Notes: a model not told the origin generated them from the sequence alone. 64,000 bases of DNA from Chiloscyllium plagiosum (GCF_004010195.1 NC_057719.1:93325946-93389945), one strand, 5' to 3'. Positions 12,505-25,395 are shown, counted from the first letter of the stretch. A program made the numbers and translations.

Positions 12505-14545
12505 ATCATAGAGTCATACAGTCCTACAGCAAGGAAACTTGCTCTTTTGCCCAAACTGGTTTATGCCGAACAATGTGTCCAGCCACGCTTATCCCATTTC
12601 CCTGTTCTGGGCCTAAATCCTCTAAAACCATGTCTATCTGTGTATTTATCCAGATGCAATTTAAATGGGTTTAACGAACCCAATTCAACCACTTTCAATG
12701 GCAGTTTGTTACATATGCACACGCTCGGCTCTGTAAAAATGTTGCCCCTCAGATCCTCTTTTGTTCTTCCCCTTCTCATATTAATGTGATGACTTCTCGT
12801 CCTCGATTCAACGATCCTCGGAAAAAGACTGAGTGCACTCACCCCATGCATGTCTCCCATGATCTTATACTTTTATGAAATCCCCTCTCAGTCTCCTGCA
12901 CTCGAAGATAAAAGAATTACCAGCTTGTCCACCTGTCCTTGTAACTCAGACTGCTGTGTACTTGGAAATTTCTTAAGCACTCTTTCCAGTTTAATGACAT
13001 CCCTTCTATAGCAAGGTGACCAACACTAAACACAATACTCCAAGTGCGGCATTAACAAAGTCCTATACAACCTCAAAAGAACCTCGCAACTTGTATGTGA
13101 AACTGAGGACTGTAAATACTATAGATCAGAGTCGATAGTGTGATGCTGGGAAAGCAACAGCAGGTCAGGCAGTGTCCGCTCCTTGGATGCTGCCTGAACT
13201 GTTGTTGCCAGTCGCAACTTTTACCCTCAATGCCATGAATGATGAAGGGCAGTGTGCCAAAAGCCTTGTTCACTGACCTGTCCACCTTTATCTCCACTTC
13301 CAGAGAACTATGAACCAGAACTCCAGAGTACCTCCATTCCAATACACTACTTAAGATCCTGCCATTCACCATGAAACCCCTGTCCTGATTTGACTTTGTA
13401 ATACGCAATACCTTACACTTACCTGTATCAAATTCCATTTGCATTTCTCGGTCCACTTCCTCAGCTGATCAAGTTCCTCCTGCAATTTTTTTATGCTTCC
13501 TCACTCTCCATGGTACCTCTCATTTTGCTTTAATTTTCAAACTTACTATGCATGCCTTGGACATTCTCAACCAAGCAATTGATATTAATAACCAACATGA
13601 ATTGGACCACCACCGACTCCTGAGGCACTACACTGGTCGCATGCTTCGAGTCCAATAAGTGACATTCCACTGTTGCACCCTCTTTCCCACTATCAAACCA
13701 ATTGTGCATCCAATTTCCCAGCTCCCCTGGATTTCCTGCAATCTCACCTTCTGGACAGCCTTACCTGTCGAATATTATCATTATCCTTACTGAAATCCAT
13801 ATGGACTGTGTCTATTACCCCCACCCGTCAACCTTACTGTTCCCTACACCAAAAAAACTAACACATTTGCGATGAATTATCTCCAACCTATAGCATCATC
13901 CTGATGACTCCTACTCAAACTTGATCTTTCCAAATGCATGTATATCTTAGCTCTCAAAACTTCCTCAAGGAACTTACCCACCGTAGATGTTAGGCTTGCT
14001 GGTCTCATGATATAAAAATTATTCGTTACAGCCTTTCCTAAGTGAGGGAACAACATTCTCTCCCCTCCAGTCTTCAGGGAACTCATCCATGACTAACAAT
14101 GATGAAAAGTATCAGCTAGGACCCACACACATTTTTTTCTAGCCTCGTGTATTGTTCTTCGTTATATCTGGTCAGGACCTGGAACTTTATCCACCTTTAT
14201 AAATTCAAAAACCACACACTCCTCTACTGTGATAATGACTGTCCCCAAATAGGATCACTAACTTCCCCAAATTCTCAAGTTTTGGTGTCTTTATCCAATG
14301 GAAACAGAGAGGAAAAATATTCTTTCTGAGCCTTGCCCCTGTCCTGCATTTTACACATATATATATAAATATAATATATGTCTATTACGGTCATTGATAT
14401 GTCCTATTCCGTCTCTATTTATTCGATTTGCTTCAGTATACGAAGAGATCTTTTATGCATTCACCCTAATCTTCTCAGCCAAGTGTTCTTGTGCTCACTT
14501 TTCACACTTTTACTTTCCTCCCTCAGTAAACTCCGCTGTCTCTCA
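12505..14545 (-). mobile_element. CR1 LINE ORF2 3' half, decayed
   Basis: Tail seen as tcatagagtcatacag at about 12506; minus-strand ORFs MQMEFDTGKCKVL, RPASLTSTVGKFLE and NKLPLKVVE..FKLHLD. Confidence 0.9.
13093..13211. mobile_element. ~120-bp fold-back PLE-derived insertion with 9-bp TSD
   Basis: TCGCAACTT at 13084-13092 and 13212-13220; internal arms caacagcaggtcaggcag and ctgcctgaactgttgttg. Confidence 0.8.
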
Positions 14546-14554
14546 CATATCTCT

Positions 14555-17022
14555 ATCTCAGACCAGGTGTCAGATCTCTCGGTGGGGGAACATTTCATTG
14601 ACAGAGACCTCAGCTACCTCACCTTTGCCACCGCCATGGAGAGCGTTAAGAACAGACAAGAAGGGCAGCTAGTTAATTGGGGTTGGGTTATTATATCGGT
14701 AATAGACAGGAGATGTGGCGTAAAAATTAGAAACAATTGTTCAACAGTCATTGCATAAATGAAATGTGGAGCCTTTCTAAGCAGGAATTGCCGCAAGTGT
14801 TGGATAACTTTGTTCCACTGCGATAAGCAAGGAATCTCAAGTGAAGGAACCTTGGAATGGCAAGAGAAGTGGAGCTTCTCGTCAAGAGGAAGCATGACGT
14901 TTACTTAAGGTTGAGGAAGAAATGATGTGGCACAGCTTCAGAGGATTACAGAGTAGCTCGGAAAGAACTGAAAAATGGACTGAAGAGAGCCAGGAAAGGG
15001 CACGACAAAACCTTTCCGACAAGGATTAATGAAAACCTAAAGGCGTTCTACACATAAGTGATCAAGAGTAGAATGATCAGAGAGAGAAGCGGTAGGTACG
15101 ATCAGGGATAGTGGAGGGAACTTGTGCCTGGACACTGAAAAGGATGGGGACATACTGATTCTAAGCTTTGTTTCAGTATTTATTAGAAATAGGGTCGTTG
15201 TTGATAGTGAGAATACCATGCATCAGGTTGATCGGCTTGCATAGATTGAAATGACAAAAGCGATGTGCTAGAAAGTCTGGGTAGCATCAAGATAGATAAC
15301 TCCACAGGGCCGGATCAGCCATATCCAAGGTTACTACGGGAAGTGAGGAATCAGATTGTTGTTCCTGTGGTGATGATGTTTGCATTCTGACTGTCCACAG
15401 AATTACTACCAGATAATTGGAGGGAGGCTAATATTATTCCTCTATTGAAGAAAGTGAATAGGGAAATCCCTTGGAATTACAAAAAAAAATCAATCTCATG
15501 CCTGTGGTAAGAATGTTCAGGAAAGGATTCAGAGAGATAGGATTATGACTAATTTTGGAAAAAAAAACATAGTTTATTTAAATATAGTATGCACAATTTG
15601 TGAAGGGCAGGTCATGCCTCACAAGCCTTATTGAGTTGTTTGAATATATGAAAAAACAAAATGACGAAACTCAAGAGTGAATGTGGTGCAAACAGAGTTC
15701 AGTAAAGCAGTTGATTAGGTTCCCCACGGTAGGCTCATTCAGAAAGTTGGGACGCATGGGATACAGGGACATATGGCTGTCAGGATAGAAAATTTGCTGG
15801 CTGAAAGAAGACAGTGAGGGGTAGTGTATGGAAAGTATTCCCCTGGAGGTCGGTGACCAGTGGTTTGCAACAGAGATCTGATCTTGTGCCTCGGTTCTTC
15901 GTAATTTTAATATATGACTTGGATGAAGAAGTGAATGGGAGGTTTAGTAATTTTGCCGATGAGATCAATGTCGGTGGTGTTGTCGATAGTTTTAGATTAG
16001 ATTAGATTAGATTACTTACAGTGTGGAAACAGGCCCTTCGGCCCAACAAGTCCTCACCGCCCCGCCAAAGCGCATTCTTCGTAATTTTAATATATGACTT
16101 GGATGAAGAAGTGAAAGGGAAGTTTAGTAATTTTGCCGATGAGATCAATGTCGGTGGTGTTGTCGATAGTGTCGAGGGCTGTTTCAGGCTACAGCATGAC
16201 ATTGACAGGAAACAGAGCAAGGCTGAGAAGTGACAGATGAAGTTTAACCTGGTTAAATGCGAAGTTATTCGTTTCGGAAGGTCGAATTTGAATATTTAAT
16301 ACAAGGTTTATTTCTCGGAGGTGTGGTGGAATAGCGCTATTTTGGGATTCTCATACACAGACCTTTCGATATTTCCACCCATGTTGATAGGATTGATAAG
16401 AAGACGAATGGTATTTTGGTTTTGATTAACATGGCGATTGAGTTTAACAGCCGCGTTTTGCTGCAGCTCTCTAAAATCCTAGTTCGCCTACATTGGAATC
16501 TCGTGTCCAGTTCTGATCCCCACATCATAGGAAGGATGTAAAGATTGAGAGAGGGTGCACATAAGATTTACCAGGATGCTGCCTGGATTGGAGGGCTCCT
16601 CTTAAGAAGACAGATTGAAGCGCTCGGACGTTTCACACTGGAGAAAAGAAGGAAGAGAGGTGACTTCATAGAGGTGTACAAAGTAATGAGAGGCAGAGAT
16701 TATTAGATAGCTAGAGACATTTACTCAGGGAAGAAATGGCTGTCATCAGGGTGATACGTTTAAGGTGATTGGAGGAAGGGAGAGGCGAGATTTCAGAGGT
16801 AGGTTTTTCACGCAGAGGCAGGTGTGTGCGTGGAATTCACTGCCAGCAGTGTTAGTGGAGTCAGAGACATTACAAACATTAAGCGACAACTGGACAAGCA
16901 CATGGACAGCGATACATTGAGGGGAGTGTTGCTGTTAAGGTTGATCTTAGATTATGATAAATGCTCTGCACATAAGAGTGGGTTGAAGAGCCTGCACTAA
17001 TCTGAACTATTCTATGCTCTAT
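14555..17022 (+). mobile_element. CR1 LINE ORF2 (late APE to 3' end), decayed
   Basis: STGPDQPYPRLL, GRSCLTSLIE, VTSGLQQRSDLVP..FADE and WNSLP remnants; ttctatgctctat tail at about 17010-17022. Confidence 0.9.
15991..16074 (-). mobile_element. Heavily 5'-truncated SINE/LINE 3' tail, flanked by a 96-bp direct repeat
   Basis: (ttaga)n tail then cagtgtggaaacaggcccttcggcccaacaagtcc, the reverse of the SINE 3' end at 63185-63220; flanks 15895-15990 and 16075-16170 match. Confidence 0.85.
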
Positions 17023-20000
17023 AAGTCATGGGATTTCCTTGGTGCCAGCTGTCTGTACCTGAACCATACCTAATTATTTTGTTCTGTGAAAGCCTCAATA
17101 TCTCTTGTCATCCCGGGTTGTCTATTTCCTGTCATCCTCGTCCTTCATCTTCGCAAGAACGTACTGAACTTGTTGTCTGACTTTTTAAAGCCTCCAACTT
17201 GCCTTCATTTTTAGGGATCAGCGAGAGAGGAGTGGGTGGTGGGGGACACCAGCGAACAGCTGGAACTTAAATTTCCCTTTCAAATGGACTTACCTCCGGG
17301 GTGTCAACAGACTTCAATGTTTGCAACAGCAATGGAAAGAGAGGACGGCGGGGGGGGGGGGGGGCTGCCAGGAAAATAAATGTGGCGCTCGAAAATACTT
17401 ACCTTTGGTGTCACTGGCTTTCATTTTTTGGCAGCAGCAAGAAAGAGAGAGAGAGAGGACCAGTGGGATGACAGAAAGGCTAATTTCCTCCTTGAAAGTA
17501 CGTACCTCAGGCATCAGCGGCCTTCATTTGCAGTAACGGCGGAAGCACTTCAAGCATGGAGCTGAGAGGGAGCGGTCATATTGTACTCTGGGTGGGTCTG
17601 AGACACTTGTACTGTCTCAGACCCGCCCTCCTCTTCTAACCAAAAGGAGTCTGTTCTGTGTTGACAAGATAACGATTTTTTGTCATGTAAATACAAAAAA
17701 ATCCATTTATTTCTTTCCTTTTGCATTTAGCTGAGTTAAGACTAAGTTCACCTCAACGTTAAAAATGGCAAGAGATCTCAAACCCGTGTTATGTTAATCT
17801 TGTTCAATGTTAGAATTGAGGGATGGGGCCGCTGTCCCTGAACTTCCTGAGGTGCAAGCGATGTGTCCAGCTGCGAAACTTGATTGAACAAATGACGGTT
17901 CTGGAACTGCGGAAGGATACACTTTGGAACTATCATGATGCTGAGGGCGTCGTTAATAACATGTTTCATCAGTCTGTCGCACCGCAGATTAAGGATTGCT
18001 GAGGGAGAAATGGAATGGGTGAGGAAAAGGCAGAGAAAATACAGGGAGGTAATGCAGGTGTCCCCTGTGGTCGTCTCCATCCAAAACAGGTTGACCGCTT
18101 TTGCTCCTTTTGATGGAGATGATTCACTAGGGGAAGTAATCAAATAGCCAGGTTCATGGCACCGGAGCTGGCTCTGCTGTACAGAAGGGCGGAAAAATGT
18201 TGAAATGTTACAATCATAGGGGAATTCAACAGTAAGGGGAATAGATTATCGGTTCTGTGTTCGAAAACGAGACTTCCAAATGGTAGGTCGCTTCCAAGGT
18301 GCACGGTTCACGCATTTCTCAGATCAGCTGCAGAACATTCTGAGGGAAAGACTGAACAACTAGTTATCGAGGTGCATGTAGTCACCAATGATATATGTGA
18401 AAAAAGGAATGAGATCCTGCAAGGAGAATTAAACGGTGTTATGAGAGAAGAAAAAGAAGTAGCACTTCAGAGCTGGTAAACTCAGGATTACTACCAGTAT
18501 CACATGGAAATGATGAGAAATGAAAGAAGAGGCAGGATGAATGAGTGGCGTGCTAGATGGTGGTGGAGGAAACGGTTAAGATTTGGGGATTATGTGACTA
18601 GTTCTGTGGAAGGTGGGATTTTTACAAATTGGATGGTCTACACCTCAACCGCACTGGAAACAATGTCCTTTGGTGGGCTTTTACTAATTGTGTTGCGGAG
18701 TGATCGAGAAAAATGTGGCAGGCGGATGGGAACTAAATGAGGAAGCCAGTGGACAGTTGGGATGGAGTAAGTAAAGCCTGGAAGTAACTAAATAATGAAG
18801 TCAGCATGACTAAAAAGAAGAGTCGGCAGGGAGTAAATGATGAATACAGATGGACTGGTGGTTTGAGGTGCATTTCTTTCAAAACAAGGAGTGCAGTAGG
18901 TAAGGACTTAGGACTTGGATGAGCAACTGGGAGTATGATATTATTGCTATTAATGAGACTTGGTTGAGGGAAGGTCATGATTGACAACCACACATCATAG
19001 GATATCGATGCTTCAGGCGAGACAGAGAAGGAGATAAAAAGGGGTGGAGGAGTTGCATTACTGGTCAAACAGGGTATCACAGCAGTACTGAAGGAGGGCA
19101 CTATGGAGGACTGGAGCAGTGAGGCAATATCGTCAGAAATCAGAAATCGTATGGCTGTGGTATCAATGTTTGCACTTTAATACAGGCCTCCCAACAGCAA
19201 GCGTGAGATGGAGGTCCAAATATGTCGATACATTATTGAAAAGTTTAGAATAAAAAGTTTGACGATGGGTGGAGACTTTAACTTTCCCAACATTGAGAGG
19301 GATGCATTGGCATTAAACGTCTAGTTGGAGTACAATTTGGAAGGAGCATCCAGGAGGGACTGCTAGAGAAGAATGTAAATTAACCCACTCAGAAAGTGGA
19401 CCTAGAATTGGGAAATGTGCCCGGCCAGGTGGTTGATGTTTCAAGCGGGGATTGCATAGTGAAAAGTGATCACAATTCTCTAAGTTTTAGAATACTCATG
19501 GACAAGTTGAGAGTGGTTCTAAAGTTAGAGGGATAGTGGCAAAGCCAACTCTCTCAAAATTCGGCAGTAGCTGGGGAGTATTGATTGAGAACTGCTCTTT
19601 GAAGGCAAATACATATCTGATGTATGAGAGACTTTTAAAGAGAGGTTGATTAGAATACAAGAGAGACATGTTCTTGAGAAAACGAGGAATAGAAATGCCA
19701 AGATTAGGAAACAATGGGTGATAGATCAAACTGTTCGACTAGCGAAGAGGTAAAACGATGCGTACATAAGATATAGGCGACTGAAAACAGATAAAGTTTG
19801 GAATAATATCAAGAACGATGACCAATCTGAAATAGAGTATTAAGAGGGCTAAAAGGATCATGAATTATTTATAGCAAACAAAGTTAAGAAAAGTACCAAA
19901 GCCTTCGGTTCATTTCCGAGGAGCAGGGGGTAATGAGAGAAAGTGTTGGCACACACAGGGACAAAGGACGAAACTTTATGCGTGGAGTCACAGAAAATGG

Positions 20001-20683
20001 ATGAGAAGCTTAACGAATAATTTTATTCAGTATTCACCAAGGAGACAGACATGATGTGTGTCGATAGATGTGTGATTACTCAAAGTCAAGTAGACAGAAG
20101 GAGGGAGGAAGCATTGCGTATTCTAAAAGCTATTGAGGATGACAAGTGCCCAGTTCTGGATGTGATCTATCCCAGATTACTGTGGGAAGCGAGAGAGGAA
20201 ATAGATGGGGCCTTAACAGATATCTTTGCAGCATACTTGAATGGAGGTGAGGTCGCGGAGGATTAGAAAATTGCTAATATTTTCCCCTTATATAAGAACC
20301 GTAACAGGGAAAATCTAGATCATTACAGACCGGTGAGCCTGACGTCAGTCGTTGGGAAGCTGCTGGACAAGATATTGAGGGAATGGATCTATTCCCATTT
20401 GGAAGAAAATAGGCTGAGTAATGATATGCAACATGGTTTTGTACAGGGAAGGTCGTATCTCACCAACTTAGTAGAACTCTTTGAGGAAGTGAAAAAGTTG
20501 TTTCATGTGCGAAGGTTGTAGATGTCATATAGATGAACTCCAGTAATTCATTTTGTAAGGTTCCCCATGGTAGGCTGATTGAGAAAGTGCAGTCGCTGTA
20601 CTCGTAAAATGGATGAAGTACTGGCTGGACAACAGATGACCGAGATTCGTAGTGCAATGGAGTTCCTCGAAATGGAGAAATGT

Positions 20684-21603
20684 TGTTGTGGTTCTGTTCG
20701 CCGAGCTGGGTATTTGTGTTGCAGACGTTTCATCCCCTGTCTAGGTGACATCCTCAGTGCTTGGGAGCCTCCTGTGAAGCGCTTCTGCGATCTTTCCTCC
20801 GGCATTTGTAGTGGTTTGAATCGGCCACTTACGGTTGTCAGTTCCAGCTTTCCGTTGCAGTGGTCGGTATATTGGGTCCAGGTCGATGTGCTTATTGAAT
20901 GAATATGTGGATGAGTGCCATGCTTCTAGGAATCCCTGGCTGTTCTGTGTTTGGCTTGTCCTATAATAGTAGTGCTGTCCCAGTCGAACTCATGTTGCTT
21001 GTCATCTGCGCGTGTGGCTACTAAGGATAGCTGGTTGTGTCGTTTCGTGCCTAGTTGGTGTTCATGGATGCAGATCGTTAGCTCTCTTCCTGTTTGTCCT
21101 TTGCAGTGTTTTGTGCAGTCCTTGCTTTGGCTTTTTTACACTACATTGGTTTTGCTCATGCTGGGTATCGGGTCCTTCGTTCTGGGTGAGTTATTGTCTG
21201 AGAGTGGCTGTTGGTTTGTGTGTTGTTATGAGTCCTAGTGGTCGCAGTAGTCTGACTGTCAGTTCGGAAATGCCCTTGATGTATGGTAGTGTGGCTAGTC
21301 CTTTGGGGTGTGGCATGTCCTCATTCTTTCCTTTAGGCATCCTTTGATGAAATTGCACGGGTATCTGTTTTTGGCGAACACATTGTATAGGTGTTCTTCT
21401 TCCTCTTTTTGCAATTGTGGTGTACTGCAGTGTGATGTCGCCCTTTTAACAGTGTCTTGATGCAACTTCTTTTGTGGGTATTGGGGTGGTTGCTTTCGTA
21501 GATGAGGACTTGATCTGTGTGTGTGCGGTTGCTGTATAACTTAGTGATGAATTCTCTGTTAGGTGTTTTCTGTGCGATCACGTGTAGGAATGGGAGTTGG
21601 TTG
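20684..21603 (-). mobile_element. Penelope-like element (Poseidon-type), left inverted arm
   Basis: Reverse-complement homolog of 21700-22620 (THTDQVL.YESNHPNTHKRSCI; GIY-YIG region; 3' end). Confidence 0.9.
20720..20760 (-). ncRNA. Minimal hammerhead ribozyme motif in PLE 3' region
   Basis: Minus strand reads gca-CUGAGGA-u-GUCACCU-agac-AGGGGAU-GAAA-CGUC-ugca. Confidence 0.7.
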
Positions 21604-22652
21604 TATTTTTAAAAACACAGAAATGGAGAACACACACCGGATCATCAACGCCACACTCACATGAATCCGATTCACGAGAGAGGAAGAAAAGGACAACCAA
21701 CTCCCATTCCTCGATGGAATGGTACAGAGAACACCGAATGGAGAATTCACCACAAAGGTATACAGGAAAGCCACACACAGACCAAGTCCTGAACTACGAA
21801 AGCAACCACCCCAACACAAACAAAAGAAGTTGCATCTATCACTGTTCAAAAGGGCCATAACACACTGCAGTACACCAGAACTGCAAAAAAAGTGGAAGGA
21901 GAACGCCTATACAATGTATTCGCCAAAAACGGATACCTCCATAATTTCATCAAAGGATGCCTAAGGGAAAGACAACAGAACGAGGACATGCTGCAACCCA
22001 AAGGACTAGCCACACTACCATACATCAAGAGCATTTCCGAACTGACAGCCAGACTACTGGTCCACAGGACTCATAACTGTACAAAAACCAACAGCCACTC
22101 TCAGACAACAACTCACCAGAATAAAGGACCCGATACCCAGCATGAGCAAGACCAATGTAGTGTACAAAATCACATGCAAGGACTGCACTAAACACATGAT
22201 AGGACAAACAGGAAGACAGATAACGACCCGCATCCAGGAACACCAACTAGCCACGAAACAACACGACCAGCTATCCTTAGTAGCCACACATGCAGATGAC
22301 AAGCAACATGAGTTCGATTGGGACAACACTACTATTATAGGACAAGCCAAACAGAGAACAGCCAGGGAATTCCTAGAGGCATGGCACTCATCCACATATT
22401 CAATCAATAAGCACATCGACCTGGACCCAATATACCGACCACTGCAACGGACAGCTGGAACTGACAATCGGAAGCGGCAGATTCAAACCATTACAACTTC
22501 CGGCGGAAACATCACAGAAGCGCTTCGCAGGAGGCTCCCAAGCACTGAGGACGTCACCTCGACAGGGGATGAAACGTCTGCAACACAAACTTCCAGCTCG
22601 GCGAACAGAACCACAACAACGAGCACCCGAGCTACAAATCTTCTCACAAAGT
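21604..22652 (+). mobile_element. Penelope-like element (Poseidon-type): RT C-terminus, GIY-YIG endonuclease and 3' end
   Basis: TKVYRKATH; LATLPYIKSISE; NVVYKITCKDCTKHMIGQTGR..RIQEH..REFLEAWH (ORF 22142-22666). Confidence 0.93.
22542..22582 (+). ncRNA. Minimal hammerhead ribozyme motif in PLE 3' region
   Basis: gca-CUGAGGA-c-GUCACCU-cgac-AGGGGAU-GAAA-CGUC-ugca. Confidence 0.7.
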
Positions 22653-22978
22653 ATGGAGATATGTGACCAGGTGTGTTCCACAGCGATTCCTGCTGTTGTG
22701 ATATACATAAACTATCTGGAACGAGGAATGAGTTGTCTGATTCGCAAGTTGTTGGTGATGCTTAGTTGATGGAGCAGCAGATAGTGAAGACGACTGTCAG
22801 AGAGAGCAGCATAATATAATGAGAGAGGTCTGGGTGTTCAGTGTCCATTGTATGCTAAACGTGGCAATGCAGGTTATACAGCAACCCCACACACACAGAT
22901 CAAGTCCTGATCTACGAATGGTCAAGATGGCATTCGTTATGCTTTCTATCATCAGAAGGAGTGTGGTGTACAAGAATT

Positions 22979-23195
22979 TAGAATAGATTAGATTCCCTAC
23001 AGTAGAGATACAGGTCTTCAGCCTAACGAGTCTACAACGACCCTCCAAAGAGGAACCGACTTAGACGCATTTCCCTCTGACTAATACACCTAACATTATG
23101 GGCAAGTTAGCATGACCAATTCACCTCACCTGCACATCATTGGACTATTGGAGCAAACCAGACCACCCGGAGGAAACTCACGCAGACACGGAGAG
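22979..23195 (-). mobile_element. 5'-truncated HE1-type SINE nested in CR1
   Basis: tagattagattccctacagt tail; gcatgaccaattcacctcacctgcacatc..ggact core in reverse. Confidence 0.85.
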
Positions 23196-24003
23196 TCAGC
23201 AGTCATATTATAATTGTTTTTGACTTTGGTTCAGCTACATTTGGAATATTGTGTACAGTTCTGATCGCTACCTTAGCAAAATAATGCTTGGGAGAGTTTG
23301 CAGAGAAGGTTCAGAAGAATGCTGCCTCCTATAGAGGGTGCAAGCTGCGATGACATGTTTAGTAGATTGGATTTATTTTCATTAGAACAATGGAGGTTGA
23401 GGGCGGAGTGATTGAGGTCTGCAAACTGATGAGTGGTACATACAGGATGGATAACAAGAAGCTTTTTCTCAGAGTAAAGGTCTTTATTACTGGGGTAATG
23501 AGTCGAAAGTGAGAGGAGATATGTTTAGCGGAGATATGTGTCGAAATCTCTTTACGCAATGAATGGTGGGTTCCTGGAATGTGTTGCCAGTGAGGTGATC
23601 AGGGCGGGCATGATAGCGTCATTTGTGATGCGTCTGCACAGATAGATGAATGGGCATCGTGTAGAGTGTACAGACCTTCAGAAAATAGGCGACAGGTCGA
23701 GATGGAGGATGTGGATCAGAGCAGGCTTGGAGAGTTGATGGACCGGTTCCTGTACAGTAATTTTCTTTATTCTTTGTTCATTTGCATGCAATCAATATAA
23801 TTCTATCAAGCGCTGCAATCTCCTGTCAACTTCCATCAAAATTCACCTCGCCATAATTTAGAACTTGAACTTGTGGACCAATTTTGCCCCTCTCTTTAAT
23901 TATTTTAAAATAAACAGAACTATCTTCACTCAAAGTTTGTGCGAAGATTTGTAGCTCGAGTGCTCGTTGCTGTGGTTCTGTTCGCCGAGCTGGAAGTTTT
24001 TGT

Positions 24004-24044
24004 TGCAAACGTTTCGTCCCCTGGCTAGGCGACATCATCAGTGC
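24004..24044 (-). ncRNA. Minimal hammerhead ribozyme motif with intact core
   Basis: Minus strand reads gca-CUGAUGA-u-GUCGCCU-agcc-AGGGGAC-GAAA-CGUU-ugca. Confidence 0.75.
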
Positions 24045-24395
24045 TTGGGAACTTCCTGCGAAGCGCTTCTTTGATGTTTCCTCCGGTGTTTATAGTGGTC
24101 TGTCCCTGCCACTACCGGTTGTCAGTTTCAGCTGTCCGCTGTAGTGGTTGGTATATTGGGTCCAGGTCGATGTGTTTGTTGATGGAGTTTGTGGATGAAT
24201 GCCATGCCTCTAGGAATTCCCTGGCTGTTCTCTGTCTGGCTTGCCCTATGATAGTAGTGTTGTCCCAGTCGAATTCATGTTGCTTGTTGTCTGCGTGTGT
24301 GGCTACTAAGGATAGCTGGTCGTGTCGTTTCGTGGCTAGTTGATGTTCATGTATGCGGACATGAACCCTAGCCAGAGAAATAATAGCCAACCTAC

Positions 24396-24622
24396 NNNNN
24401 NNNNNNNNNNNNNNNNNNNNNNNNNNNNNNNNNNNNNNNNNNNNNNNNNNNNNNNNNNNNNNNNNNNNNNNNNNNNNNNNNNNNNNNNNNNNNNNNNNNN
24501 NNNNNNNNNNNNNNNNNNNNNNNNNNNNNNNNNNNNNNNNNNNNNNNNNNNNNNNNNNNNNNNNNNNNNNNNNNNNNNNNNNNNNNNNNNNNNNNNNNNN
24601 NNNNNNNNNNNNNNNNNNNNNN
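24396..24622. other. Assembly gap (N run)
   Basis: Run of N. Confidence 1.
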
Positions 24623-25395
24623 ACCATCACGTCTAGGGATGGGAGTTGGCTATCCTTTTCTTCTTCTCTCGTGAATCGGATTCCTGTGTGTGTGGCGTTG
24701 ATGATCCGGTGTGTTTTTTTTCTATTTCCGTGTTTTTAATGATTTCAAACGTGTCATCGACATATCTGACCTAGAGTTTGGGTTGAATTTGTGGTAGGAC
24801 TGTTTGTTCTAACCTTTGCATAACTGCCTCTGCTATGAGTCCCGAGATTGGTGATCCCATGTGTTCCGTTGATTTGTTCGTATATCTGGTTGTTGAATGT
24901 GAAGTGTGTTGTGAGGCACAAGTCCAGTAGTTTAAGTATGTCGTCTTTGTTGATAGTTTCAGCGTCCTGTTTTCTGTTCTGTATGTCCAGTAGGTTGGCT
25001 ATTGTTTCTCTGGCTCGGATTTTGTCAATCGAAGTGAACAGTGCTGTCACGTCGAATAACATCATGGTTTCTTCTTTGTCTATGTGTATATTTCTGATGA
25101 TGTCCAAGAATTCCTGTGTTGATTGTATAGAGTGTTTGGATCCGCTGACCAGGTGTTTCAGTTTCTGTTGTAGTTCTTTGGCCAGTTTGTATGATGGTGT
25201 CCCTGGTAGTGATACTATGGGTCTGAGTGGGATATCTGGTTTGTGTACTTTAGGTAATCCATAGAATCTGGGGGTGCTTTCCGGTTTCATTCTTTGTAGG
25301 TCAGCTCTGGTTATCTGTCCGTTTTTTTTTGTAGATTCCTTAGTGTTATTTATCCTATTGGTGAGTTGTGGTGTGGGGTCAAATTCCTTCATTTG

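Larger units (their letters stand above)
17205..23780 (+). mobile_element. Near full-length decayed CR1 LINE (5' monomers, ORF1 zinc finger and esterase, ORF2 APE-RT, 3' tail), interrupted by a PLE and a SINE
   Basis: ORF1 start MARDLKPVLC*SCSM at 17766; esterase HVVTND; APE ETWL, GDFNFP, SDHN; RT SLTSVVGKLL..QHGFVQGRS; resumes after 22652; tail ttctttattctttgttc at about 23763-23779. Confidence 0.9.
23931..25395 (-). mobile_element. Penelope-like element (Poseidon-type): RT, GIY-YIG and 3' end; contains an assembly gap
   Basis: ORF 24754-25392 PRFYGLPKVHKPDIPLRPIVS...FDVTALFTSI...YEQING; ORF 24112 RIHEH..REFLEAWH. Confidence 0.93.
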
